64,000 bases of DNA from Squalus acanthias (taxonomy: Eukaryota), in assembly GCA_030390025.1 (NCBI GenBank), contig CM059431.1:125118001-125182000 (forward strand), in the 5' to 3' direction. Positions within the stretch are counted from its first letter, which is position 1. Every line of letters begins with the position of its first letter. Made by a program: the position numbers and the translations under genes. The notes under the pieces are model-generated. The model was given only the letters and a program-made list of their open reading frames with translations. It was not told the origin of the DNA and did no database searches. Of the stretch, positions 24,171 to 36,587 are shown piece after piece.

Positions 24171-26760
24171 GGGGGAAAAGTTGGGTTGGTTAGCGCCTCC
24201 CGTTAGCGCCTCCGCGGACGCTAACATGGCGCTAACAAGTTAGCGCCCAAACGTGTTGATTTTAGTGCGGTTCGTGAAATTGACGTGGCGTTTTGCAGTG
24301 GCGCTAAACACTACCGCCACGATCTCCTGCGCCGGCAGATCGTGACGTCATGCAAGCGTGCAACGCCCCGGTAGCGCCCCGGACCAAAAATTGATTCTCG
24401 CCCCCAGCCTTAGCGCCTGCTGCTAGGAACGACAGGTAGAGGGGGACATTTTAAAGTTGGCAAGGAGCTGGGGGAATGCTATTTAATGGCGTGCACTTCC
24501 TGCTTTTTCTTGTCGGCAAAATTTTAGGCATACGGAGGTTGAGAGGGAGAGAGACGTCCGGAGAGATTTAATGCAGTCTTTAGGAGTTTTGGTCCTGAGC
24601 AATACTTTTCAGGTTCCTATGCCTCTGAGCTTCATATTTACCACATTTACAAGATTAAATGGGGGCTGTACTAACTCGGGGCGTCGTCCTCCAGCTTCAC
24701 CTTCGGAGGCAGCAGAGGCGCAGAGATAGAGTGGCCAGAGGGAGGAGGGCCAATAGGCCTCTGCCCAGGAGACCTTACCCTCCCAGGGTATTCTGGGACC
24801 AATTCTCATACATTCATTTGTCTGAGGAGCAGTGTTTGCGCAGGCTGTGCTTCAGCAAGGAGGTGGTGACTGAGCTCAGCCACCTGCTGCAACCAGATCT
24901 GCAGCCTCAGCTCAGGACCAGGACGTCTCTGTCGGTGGCAGTGAAGGTGACAGTGGCTCTGAATTTCTATGCCAGTGGCATTTATCCAGGCTTCAACTGG
25001 GGACATAGCGAATATCTCACAGTTCGCTGTCCATTGCTGCATCTGGGAGGTCACAAATGCTCTGTACAAAAGGAGAAGGGAATACATCTCTTTCCCCATG
25101 ACCCGGGACAAACTGCGTGAGAATGCAGAGGTGTTCCGAAAGCGCAAGGGCTTCCACTCTCTGAATGTCCAGTTGGTGTTTGACCAGAGACAGCGCATCC
25201 TCGCCGTCAATGCCCGCTATCCTGGCAGCAGGCACAATGCTTTCATCCTGCGCCAGACTAGTGTCCCAGACCTCTTCCAACCACTGCGTCAATCTCATGG
25301 TTGGCTCCTCGGGAACAAGGGTTATCCACTCTGCACCTGGCAGATGACACCGCTCCGTAACCCCAACACTCCTGCTGAGCTCGCTTACAATGAGAGCCAT
25401 AGCGCCACCAGGAACCTCATTGAGCAGACGATCGATGTCTTGACCAGTCTGGAGGAGCCCTGCAGTACTCTCCTGAGCGAGTCTCGCTTTTCATTCATTC
25501 ATACTTCACAACCTTGCAATTATGAGGACCAAGCCATTGCCACCAGGGATTGGTGCACCACCTCAAGGGGAGGAAGAGGGAGAGGAGGAGGTAGAGGGAG
25601 AGGATGAGGAGGAGGCGGAGGAAGAGGAGGATGAAGAGGAGGATCAGCAGCACCAGTGTGGGAGGGAGTTGCACAATGTTGCCTCTGCAAGGGCTGTCTG
25701 TGAACACCTGATAAGACACCGCTTCTGACGAATGACAGAGAAGATGGCTTCTAAGATGAAGGAGCACATCATCGCAAGCATCCTGCAGCCCCTATTGCCG
25801 GGCAAAGCTCCAATGAGTCAAATGAGCAAAGTTGTAAAATTCCAATAACATTTTTTATTTCTTTGACAAACTGTGTCTTATTTATTCAGGACAAACAATT
25901 AGAAACAAACACAACAATTCATAAACTAACAAAACTCATTCTTACCGCATTCTTATCGAGATAAGCGTCAACACAGTAAACCAATATATTAAGATGAACA
26001 TCAAACATTCCCACAAATATTCCCCCCATTTATTGCATAGTGTTTACTTTTTGGCCTTCGAGGGTGATCTCCATCCCCTGCGCACTTCCCCCCTTCCCAC
26101 CCTACATCTCCTCCGTAATGTGGCCCCACTGGCTGCAGCAAGGCTGGCGGGAAGGCTGCTTAATGTTGGATGCAGAGACTGCAGATGCCCTTAAAGGATG
26201 CCCTCGACCAGCTCTGGGCCTGGAGGGCCCGGCTGCAGACTGCACCAACTCAGCATGGGCGGCAGCAGTCTGGGCTGGTTGTGTTACAGGCTGTGGCAAG
26301 TGCAATGGCGAAGTGGCAGTGGTGGGAGCAGGAATGCTGTCATCCTGAGAGAGGACAGCACCTTCCTGCTCGACCGACACACTGCCGCTCCCCCGGGGCA
26401 GTACCTCAGCATCCGGAGCAATCTGCTTGAGCACAGATTGCTGGCCTTCTGCGGTACCGTGAGATCCCCGAGGGACTGTGGGCGACCCAGCGAGGATGGC
26501 AGCAGTCAGCGCTTGCGTGACATCAATCTGAGACTGCATGAGAACAGTCTGAGACTGGATGGCACCAGCCAATGACTCGATTGTAGCACTAAGCCGTTGC
26601 GTTGTGTCGGCCTGTGCTGCAATGGATCCTGCCACCTCACCCATTAAAGAGGCCGCACGCCATATTGGTGGCTAACACTTCAACCAACGCCCTCTCCTAA
26701 CAGCGACCAGCTGTTTGGGAGTGAACACGGCGTTGATGTCGATATCAAGCGCTACTTAAA
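24171..26760 (+). mobile_element. Truncated/deleted Harbinger, same family as 42394-46458, opposite orientation
   Basis: TIR GGGGGAAAAGTTGGG at 24171; transposase on +; Myb-gene exon 3 remnant on - (~26040-26644); other TIR not found. Confidence 0.88.
24659..25728 (+). pseudogene. HARBI1-type DDE transposase, frameshifted
   Basis: [73 protein letters not shown]. Confidence 0.9.
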
Positions 26761-26904
26761 CAAATACTCACCACTTAAAGGGATACTCACCATTTCAAGG
26801 TCATTGCTGCTGGAGCTGTGAAGAGGACTCCTGAAACACAACGGGAGACTTCTGTGACACTTTGTCAAGATTTTTTTGCATTTTATTTACAGATAAATTT
26901 TCTT

Positions 26905-27420
26905 TTTCTTGCCATAGAGGAAGTGCAACGAAGGTTCACCAGACTGGTTCCTGGGATGGGGGGAATGTCCTATGAGGAGAGATTGAGTAGACGAGGCCTA
27001 TATTCTCTGGAGTTTAGAAGAATGAGAGGTGATCTCCTTGAAACATGCAAAATTCTTACAGGGCTTGACAGGGTAGATGCTTGGAGGATGTTTCCCCTGG
27101 CTGGGGAGTCTAGAACCAGGGGTCACAGTCTCAGAATAAGGCGCCGGCCATTTCAGACTGAGAGGGGGAGAAATTTCTTCACTCAGAGGGTGGTGAATCT
27201 TTGTAATTCTCTACCCCAGAGGGCTGTGGATGCTCAGTCGTTGAGTGTATTTAAGACCGAGATCGATAGATTTCTGGATATTAAGCGAATCAAGGGATAT
27301 GGGGATAGTGCAGGAAAGTGGAGTTGAGGTAGAAGATCAGCCATGATCTTATTGAATGGTGGAGCAGGCTCGAGGGGCCGAATGGCCTACCCCTGCTCCT
27401 ATCTCTTATGTTCTTATGTA
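26905..27420 (+). mobile_element. CR1 3' fragment
   Basis: LAIEEVQRRFTRLVPGM..FFTQRVVNL..GYGDSAGKWS*, followed by a CTTATGTT tail. Confidence 0.9.
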
Positions 27421-27479
27421 AGACTTCACCAATGCCCAAACAACATTTACTGCGGAAATTCTCTGAGGACTTCACCTGA

Positions 27480-28020
27480 AGAGAGAGATTGCTGTGCCAC
27501 TCTACTGTATTGGACTCCTCATATGAGTCACCAGGAGAAAGGGAATGCTAGGGGACCCTCTTGGTCTGGACGAGGACTGGGAGGAGGACATGTGGCCAGA
27601 CAGAGCAGCACCAGCTGCTGTAGAAGAGACGGACAGGAGGGTGAGGAGGCCACGGTGGTGTTCTTGCCCCTTGTCCTCCTCTGGACCTCCTCCACCAGGA
27701 CCTCCAGTGACACATCCAAGAACCTGTGCCGTCCCTTTGCCATCCTGCAATGTGATGCTATGTTCCAGCAAGAGCACCCCACAACTTCAGTACAAGTGGA
27801 TGCGAGGAGCCACATATATTCCTCCATGAAAATTGCATCTAATCAGCACTTGAGTGCTAAACCTGCAAGTTTCTGGTTAGCGCCTGAGTCATGTTCAAAT
27901 CATGATAATCATCAACTAGCCCGAAAATTGAGTGCTAAATCCGGACTTTCAAACAGGCGTTTTTTATTAGAACAGCACCTATTTAGTGTCTGGTTTCACC
28001 CTTTGGCCAAAATAACTCCC
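27480..28020 (-). mobile_element. Decayed Harbinger Myb-gene 5' end
   Basis: Minus-strand RHRFLDVSLEVLVEEVQRR resembles the Myb/SANT helix 1 of the other copies. Confidence 0.5.
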
Positions 28021-28574
28021 TTATTGTTGAACTCAATCCATATAGGAACATGAAGTGTGGCATCAACACAGTACAAATGAGTCACTTTTACAGCTTTCCA
28101 ATTTGCACTAACATCATAAAAATCATAAAATAGTACCAGCTAGGCTGTATTTTCCCTTCAATCTAAAAGTTTTAATTGATATTCTTAAGTAGTATAACTT
28201 TTAACAGTATTAATATTGAATTTTTAATGTAAATGTTTTCCCCCATTACAATGCGTATCATGTTGACACAAACAAATAATCTCTTTTCGAAATAAAATCA
28301 AAATGATGTATTTCCTGCAATCACTAATAATTGAGCTGCCAGTAATGCTTTCTTTATTCATTTTCTGTACTTTACTTCTATTTAAATGCTTTTTTTTTGA
28401 AGCAATCTTTTATACAGATGTTGTGGCAACAATATTAACAATACTTTGTATTCCTAAAGCTCAGTTTTTCAGGCAATTGAATCCAGTAATCCAATTTAAT
28501 TAAGATATGTTAGTAATGCCCATTGGTGCAAAAGCAGTAACAATCAAAAAGGCAGTTTTTAATAATGGTGGGAA

Positions 28575-30517
28575 TTTCACAAAAGAGAGGGATGATGCAG
28601 ACATTGCAACCAGGGACGAGGAGTGTGAAATATTAGATGAAATAAACATAGTGAAAGAAGAAGCATTAAGGGGTTTAGGATCTTTGAAAGTGGATAAATC
28701 CCCAGGCCTGGATGAAATGTATCCCAGACTGTTAAGAGTAGCAAGAGAGGAAATAGCAGAGGCTCTGACCATCATTTTCTAATCCTCTCTGGCTACAGGT
28801 GTCAGAGGACTGGAGGACTGCTAACATGGTACCGTTGTTTAAAATGGGAGAAAGGGATAGATCAAGTAATTATAGGCCAATCAGCCTAACTTCAGTGGTG
28901 GGAAAATTATTGGAAAAAAATTCTGAGGGACAGGATAAATCTTCATTTAGAAAGACACGGATTAATCAGGGACAGTAAGTATGGATTTGTTAAGGGAAGG
29001 TCGTGTCTGACTAACTTGATTGAATTTTTTGAGGAGGTAACAAGGAGGGTCGATGAGGGTAGTGCATTTGATGTAGTCTATATTGATTTTAGCAAGGCTT
29101 TTGATAAGGTCCCGCATGGCAGACTGGTCATGAAAGTAAAAACCTATGGGATCCAAGGCAAAATGGCAAGTTGGATCCAAAATTGGCTCAGAGGAAGGAA
29201 AAAAAGGGTAAATATCAAAGGGTGTTTTTGTGACTGGAAGGTTGTTTCCAGTGGGGTTTCACAGGACTCAGTACTGGGTCCTTTGCTTTTTGTGGTATAT
29301 ATCAATGATTTGGACTTGAATGTAGGAAGTATGATTAAGAAGTTTGCAGATGATACAAAAATTGGCCGTGTGGTTGATAATGAAGAAGAAAACTGTAGAC
29401 TGCAGGAAGATATCAATGGACTGGTCAGGCAGGCACAACAGTGGCAAATGGAATTCAATCTGGAGAAGTGTGAGGTAATGCATTTTGGGAGGGCTAACAA
29501 GGCAAGGGAATACATTATAAATGGGAGGACACTGAGAAGTGCAGAAGATCAGAGGGACCTTGGAGTGCATGTCCACATATCCTTGAAGGCAGCAGGACAG
29601 GTAGATAAGGTGGTTAAGAAGGCATATGGGATACTTGCCTTTATTAGACAAGGCAAAGAATATAAGAGCAGGGAGGTTATGCTTGAACTGTATAAAACAC
29701 TAAGTTAGGCCGCAGCTAGAACAATGCGTGCAGTTCTGGTCACCACAGTACAGGAAGGATGTGATTGCACTAGAGGGGGTGCAGAAGAGATTTATGAGGA
29801 TGTTGCCTGGGCTGGGGAATTTTAGCTATGAGGAAAGATTGGATAGGCTGGAACAGAGGAGGATGAGGGGAGACCTAATTGAGGTGAATAAAATTATGAG
29901 GGACAGGATAAATCTTCATTTAGAAAGACACAGATTAATCAGGGACATTCAGCATGGATTTGTTAAGGGAAGGTTGTGTCTGACTAACTTGATTGAATTT
30001 TTTAGGAGGGAACAAGGAGGGTCGATGAGGGTAGTGCATTTGATGTAGCCTATTTGGATTTTAGCAAGGCTTTTGATAAGGTCCCGCATGGCAGATTGGT
30101 CACAAAAGTTTTCTTTGCAACAGAGGAGGATGAGGGGAGACCTAATTGAGGTGTCTAAAATTATGATGGGCCTAGATCGAGTGGATAGGAAGGACCTATT
30201 TCCCTTAGCAGAAGGGTCAATAGCCAGGGGGCATAGATTTAAAGTAATTGATCAGAGGTTTAGAGGGAATTTGAGGAGAAATGTTTTCACCCAGAGGGTG
30301 GTGGGGGTCTGGAACTCACTGCCTGAAAGGGTGGTAGAGGCAGAGACCCTCATCACATTTAAAAAGTACTTGGATATGCACTTGAAGTGCCGTAACCTAC
30401 AAGGCTACGGACCAAGAGCTGGAAAGTGGGATTAGGGTGGATTGCTCTTTGTCGACCGGCACGGACAAGATAGGCCGAATGGCCTCCTTCTGTGCTGTAA
30501 ATTTCTATGATTCTATG
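28575..30517 (+). mobile_element. CR1 ORF2 3' half with an internal duplication; same subfamily as 14638-17681
   Basis: RT motifs DFSKAFDKVPH and KFADDTK; ends GYGPRAGKWD* plus TTCTATGA tail. Confidence 0.93.
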
Positions 30518-30975
30518 AATTTTAACCCCCAAGGACAGGTGGGGTGGTGGGGAGGCGGGTGGGTGATTAAAAAAATAAATTGGAAACCTGACCCCAACAC
30601 ACCATTTAAAGAGTTTAATGGAGACGGGTTGGGGGGCGGGTGACTAAGCTTCTCTCCATAGGCGGGCTCATCATTAAAATATTTTAATGAAGCTGTGCGC
30701 CTATGATTTTATCTCTGATCCAGCTTTAATGCTGGCCAGCCCGCAAAACCTGGCAGCTGAAGGAAATCGAGAACGGCTGGATAGAACAGGTAAGTGCCTG
30801 TGTGGCAAGAGGAGCAGGAATGCTTCCCCTGGCCCCCCAAGCTTACTTGCTTCCATCCCCCTTCACGATCAGATCCCCCTGCCCCGATTGGACCACCCTG
30901 AGGTCTGACCCCTGATACCTGATCTCCGACTTCGTGGATTGGCCTCCAACTGTCTCATTAAGCGCCAATGTTTAG

Positions 30976-31074
30976 GCTGTTCTATGTTCAGTACCACCTG
31001 GTAGAGCATGCACAGGCCGTTGACCTTTTGTCAGAACTGGCAAAAGTTAGAGATGTAACAGGTTTTAAAGCAAA
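30976..31074 (+). other. Candidate coding exon of an unidentified gene
   Basis: AG acceptor (30975 or 30991), strong GTAAGT donor at 31075, single open frame LFYVQYHLVEHAQAVDLLSELAKVRDVTGFKA. Confidence 0.35.
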
Positions 31075-31589
31075 GTAAGTATGTGTTTATTTTGTTCTGA
31101 ATATTGTGGTTGAGGTGAATGTTATGCATTTCTTCCTGGCAAATGTGTAAAAATGTGTAAAAAACCCCCCCAAAGAAATGGCATTTCCACTTGGTTTAAA
31201 TCCTTTGGTTTGATAGATGATTAATTAATAGGAATTTCCATATGTCACAAGAGCTAATTGATTTTTTTAGGCAGGGAAGGTGCTTCTTCAGTTGCAGTTC
31301 TCTTACTTTTGATCAAAGGTAATAGTCCGTATCTTCCGCATTTGGCAATTGAACAAAGAAAACAGATGTAACTAATTAAATTTTTTTTTAAAGCATCAGA
31401 CTGTTACCTTGCTATCAGTAAACTCAATCAGTTCCACTAGCTTTCATCATGAACTGGTAGCCTTCAGATCTTTGTAGCTTCTAACGTTACCTTAAGGAAT
31501 CCATGCAACCAAGCACACGCTAGCAGTTATACCCTTATTACAAAAGCCAGATAGACAACCCATTAAAAGTATATGTAGAGAAGGGAGTC

Positions 31590-32480
31590 AAATAGATATC
31601 ATAGAGTATTAGAACGCAGTAACCTAGAAACAGGCCATTCAGCCCATCAGGTCTGCACCAGTATTTTTCTCCATGAGCCGCCTAGTCAAACCCCATTCTC
31701 CAATCCACTCCCATTAGTCATTAAGATTCCTCTTTTCCAAGCAACTATTTAATTACTGTTTAAAAGAACTTAACACTGATTTTATACCAGTCCTGAGCAC
31801 ATCGTAGTGACTGATAAAACAGACATCCTGAAATTCTATTCTGCTCTGTGTGCTCTGCCTTTTGCATGGTTCATTATACTATGGAAGGAGGCACTGCCAA
31901 CATTATTATAAAACCTGCTGATGATATCAAACAATATGTGGCAGTTGACTTGTGCAAAGGAGATTGATAGGAGAAAAGGGATCTGGACAAATGAAATTGG
32001 TTGGCTAAAGGATGGCAGATGGATTTTAATGTAGATAAACCTAAGGTAATACACATTGGTACTGGGAATGTGACATGTGAAACATATAAAATTGATGGGT
32101 GCATAAAATACAAGTGGTACAAAAGGTGGAAAAGAAATAAGATTTGGGTATGATTATTCATCATTCATGAAAAGTACCTAGAAAACATGAAGTGCCATCA
32201 ACAAGGCTAATTAACTACTGAAAACCCTCTCAAAGAAAAGATCAAAAATGTAATTTAAATGGTTTATTGACTTCATTAAAGAGTGAACATGTGCATAAGA
32301 ATGTTAATTGGTTTAGTAAAATAGAGTTCAGGGGAATTTAGCTCTGTAAAGCTAAAGACTACGTGCAGAATATTGTACAGAATTTTGGGCATTCTGTCTT
32401 AATAGGAAAATTGATATAACAGGGATAGTTCAGATGAAAAGCAGCAGGAGTGATCCCAGGTTTTGAGGTTGCAAATTATA
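31590..32480. mobile_element. Old, highly decayed CR1 fragments
   Basis: Remnants such as GGATGGCAGATGGATTTTAATGTAGATAAA..AAGGTAATACACATTGG (WQMDFNVDK.KVIHIG). Confidence 0.55.
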
Positions 32481-32493
32481 AAGAGAGACACAC

Positions 32494-32668
32494 AGGGGTG
32501 AAATTCAACTTCAGCAGAGTTGCAAAACAGACAGTAACAGAGCAGCTGCCTGTTTCACACCCCACCCATTTCATTTCCATTGAAATCAGCAGAAAGGGAA
32601 AGCGGGAGGTGTGGGTTGCGGGGGGCTACTGCCCATTTTGTGCCCCTGCCAAAGTGGAATTTCACCCT
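32494..32668. mobile_element. Short palindromic MITE
   Basis: GGGTGAAATTC...GAATTTCACCC termini; related copies near 61730-61880 and 63480-63663. Confidence 0.65.
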
Positions 32669-32696
32669 CACAGAATTAAACTTGTTTCCATTAAAG

Positions 32697-32913
32697 TCAC
32701 CATCCTGACTTAGAAGTATATCGCCGATCCTTCATCGTCACTGGGTCAAAATCCTGGAACTCCCTCCCTAACAGCACTGCGGGAGTACCTTCACCACACG
32801 GACTGCGGCGATTCAAGAAGGTGGCTCACCACCATCTTCTCAAGGGCAATTAGGGATGGGCAATAAACGTTGGCCTTGCCAGCGATGCCCACATCCCAGG
32901 AACGAATAAAAAA
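32697..32913 (+). mobile_element. LINE 3' end sharing its tail with the SINE at 38174
   Basis: TCCTGGAACTCCCTCCCT (SWNSLP), then GGCAATTAGGGATGGGCAA...CCCACATCCC..GAATAAAAAA. Confidence 0.7.
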
Positions 32914-33474
32914 GATGGATATAATCCAGGTCTTTCCAATGCTGAAAAGCATGGATACAGGTGCAAGCAGGTTACTTAATTTAATCTGTGAATGCAAAAC
33001 CAGATGACACAAGTACAAAATGAACAAATCCCAAATTTGATCAAATAACGGTTTTGTTTTTGTTTTTGTTACAGATAACTTCAGTATAAAATAAAACCTG
33101 GATAAATAGTTGGACACAAATGGGACGAAGGGTTTTAGATATAAGTATAGGCATTGATTACCAATTACTCTATGTACTCAATTACATAATTATTTCCATT
33201 CTGCAGCCTTATCTCTCATGCATGGTTAGTTGCCAGAACAAAACAAAATATCATGAGATTGTTTCTCTCCAAAAATAATACAACTACATATTATTCACTC
33301 CTGCAAAGCAGAAAAGTTACGGTCGATGGTAAAAAGATTTGTTTCCTTCTGGTAAATTTTACATTTTCATGACTGTTGGTTGATATTTCTGACTGGCTCT
33401 TTAGATATATCTGTTGATAATTCCGAGTTATTTTTGAAATATATTCTATTTTATTTTGAAATGAAAACAGTTGT

Positions 33475-34287
33475 TGTAAGGGGTGTGGGGGTTGGGATAA
33501 GAGTCAGCCTTTCCCCTGACTCAGTGAGCGGTTCGAATCGCTCCCACGCCCCAGGTTCAAAACTTGGACTTATTTAGGGGTTGTGAATAAAGATGCAGTA
33601 GACCACAGGTTCCAATGAAAGAACTATAACTTTTATTAAAGTTAAAAGGTAACAAACTTAAACACACTTCACACTTAAACAGGTTTGGGGAGCACACGGT
33701 TACAGGCGAGGAAAATTACAGTATACAAGAAAAATAAAAACCTTTATCCCTCCCAATAAATCCCACTCCTAGCTAGGTTTCGGTTTCAGGAGATCAGGGA
33801 TAATGCTCACCAGACAGGGGTATTAACAATCCGAAATCCAGCCAGGTAAGTCGATGGTGATTCTGGTCATCGAACGTCTTCCTTTACCATGTGGCTTCTG
33901 GGCAGTGCTGCCAGAGACCCTTGCTTCCAGCGTAGTCGGTCGAGTCGAAAAAGAGAGAGAAATCTTGGGTCCTGCGGTAATTATAGTCCTCTTCGCCCCC
34001 CCCCCCCCACAAACTCCTCATGAAAAAACCTGGTTTCGTGATGCAGTGAGTTTTCAGGTGAGGCCTGTTCATTGTCTTGTTGAAAACTTGATGGGCTCTG
34101 TGTTTTGGGTGGGGCAGTTTTTCCCCAGAGCCTATTGTCCAAATGGTTTGTGTTTTGCTGGTCTTTGAATTCCCAGACCAGGCACGTGCCATACATGTTT
34201 GGGCATGTTTCCTTTAAATTTCCAAAGTCTTTATTTTTTTCCTTTCGATATATGTTTTGGGGATCTGCAAATTTTGAAAATCTTACA
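33475..34287 (-). mobile_element. Solo LTR, family B (813 bp)
   Basis: TGTAAG...CTTACA inverted termini; TTGT TSD (33471-33474, 34288-34291); TATAA (~33985) and AATAAA (~33635) on the minus strand. Confidence 0.88.
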
Positions 34288-34554
34288 TTGTTAACGTCTA
34301 TGAACGTTGGAAAAGGTGTTGGAAAATGTTTTAATCAGCTCAAAAACAAAACTATAGCATTGTAGGTATAAAACAATGGTGAGGATAGAATGATTTAGCA
34401 TTCCCCTGTCAACCACTAAAAAAATACTAAATTTATATTGCATAAAAATATTTGTAGCATAAAAAAACACTTTAGATTATAATGATATGTAAACCTATCC
34501 TAGCACATTGAGTTACCCTTTTCCAGGTGGGTTGGCAGATGTGATTATTGACTT

Positions 34555-34700
34555 AATACAAAAGCAAATTACTGTGGCTGCTGGAAATCTGAAATAAAAG
34601 CAGAAAATGCTGGAAATACTCAGCAGGTTAGGCAGCATCTGTGGAGAGAGAAAAAGAGTTAATGTTTCAGGTCGATGATCAGCTTTTTCTGTTTTTATTA
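34555..34700 (-). mobile_element. PLE pseudo-LTR remnant
   Basis: Similar to 59841-59960 (GCTGGAAAT..CTCAGCAGG..AGGCAGCATC.GTGGAGAGAGAAA). Confidence 0.7.
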
Positions 34701-36587
34701 CTGAATATTAATTTATAATGCTACTATAGTCATTAGGAATTCTGGGACAAATTAAGGTAACTCTTATACTTCTGAGTTAAGCAGTTTTTAATTCACTTTG
34801 CAGTAATTTGATTTAATCCTGCTAAGCAGCACAATTTTTAAGACTGAACATATCAAGAACACCTGTGGTATTATTATGCTGAGGTGTAGGGGGCTGATTG
34901 AATTGGTTTTGATCAGTGTGGGATTCATCAAAGAGTCCTTATTTTACACACCTGCTATACTCAACTGGAAACACGCTGTTCCATCTAATTACTGATGGGG
35001 AGAATTTTGTCAGAGACTATCTTGAATTCACTGTTGCAAATGCCTTTTAAATGCTTTGTACTACATCGCCTAACCCATCCCGGAAGATTTATAAACAATA
35101 CGTACAAGCGTTTAGATGCATTGACTGATGGGTTCCACATTATGTCTTTCTATAATAGTATTTTCAACTTTAGTTTGCAATAAGTATGACGTAAAGCATA
35201 AAACTCTCCATAAATTGGTAATCCAGTGATGCAAGGTGAAAGCTATTCTATTGTCTTATCTTCCACTCTCATATTTATGTGTAAAAAGATGCCTCGGTTA
35301 TCGTCTCTTTAAGGATCTTTTGGAAGATGATATGCCAAAATGACACCGCCAAAAGATGGTAGTCACTGACATAATTTTTCATATTAAAAATATTAAGCTC
35401 ATATATTATTTGCATAAGATGCAAAATGTACACCTGTACATTTTTGATGGTATCCATTTGCAAAGAGAAGTGGCCATGTTCTTACAAACCATTCACGGAA
35501 CAATCCTCGCTGACTTCTGAAATGTTTCTTGAAGGAAAATACGGCATAATACAACACAAAACATTCAAAGGGAACAGTCCGAAGCCTCTGACCTGATGAT
35601 AAGGCAATGTCCCCTAAGGTAAAGTTGAACTTTACAGGGAAATGTGTTTTCAAGGTTTCCAAGGGAATCCAGTCATAAAATGGCAGCCATCATTTCTAAA
35701 AGGATGGCCACAGTAGAATTCTAGGTAATTGAATGAAGCTTAGTTTCAAGAATTATGGCAATGCCAACATTGGTATACTTTCTTGCAGGTGGGGACAAAA
35801 GTGTCCCGCAATGCTCCCCCCACCCGTCACCATGCCAACCCCCCCACCCCCAACCCCCAACCCCCAACCCCACCCCCACCCCCGCTTCACCTCTGGAGAG
35901 CTAAATAGTTTATTTAAAAATCAAAAGAGAGTTGAATGGGAAGAGTCTCTCATGTTTCAATGGAGGAACTCCAAAAATGAAGAAGCCTTGGAACATTGAG
36001 ATGATCCAGTCTGTTTCTAGTGTTAAGGGTTTTAGATTCACACCCAGTGGATGCAACCATGGCACATACCAATGGTTGACAAAATGTAAAATAGCAGCAG
36101 GTAAAAGAGAAATCCATTGATTTGGATCCTGAACAGAACAAGTGGACCCAATAGGGTCCTCCTTTTTTAAATGAATTATTATCGCAGCTACAAATGGGCA
36201 GTAAGCTATAGCACTGTTAGTATTCAGGGATAGATGCTGCAGTTGATAGCAACAACACTTACCTACTTGTTAAGTCGCATGTGACAGACTTGATTAATGT
36301 GTGTCAGGCATCATCTGCTGGTTTGTTTGTCTTTTCAATGTATGTGCAGTCAGCAATTCTTATGATCCCTGTTCTAACTTCTGAACCAAAAGGATAATCC
36401 AACCGTAAACCAATACCCTGCCAATTTATTTGTTATGACAGTGAGCAGTGAATCTGCTCTTACATAGCAAACCGATGCCTTGTTTAAATTTTAAAGGTGG
36501 TTAACCTGTCTCTGATGAATACAAAAAAGTACATAAACGTCAATGAGTTGATTTGATTCCATAAAAACTTGTATTTTTGCAATAGTT

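Noticed and set aside
24659..25728. Host HARBI1 or NAIF1 gene
   Set aside because: Disrupted, adjacent to a TIR and multi-copy: a transposon copy, not a domesticated gene
33312..33351. KKVTVDGKKI resembling a Rab GTPase strand
   Set aside because: No P-loop or WDTAGQ motif found in a compatible position
35399..35662. FPVKFNFT..SSGQRLRTV resembling a Helitron/PIF1 helicase motif
   Set aside because: Key residues (T.NKSQG, GQLYVA.SR) are absent and no other helicase motifs lie nearby
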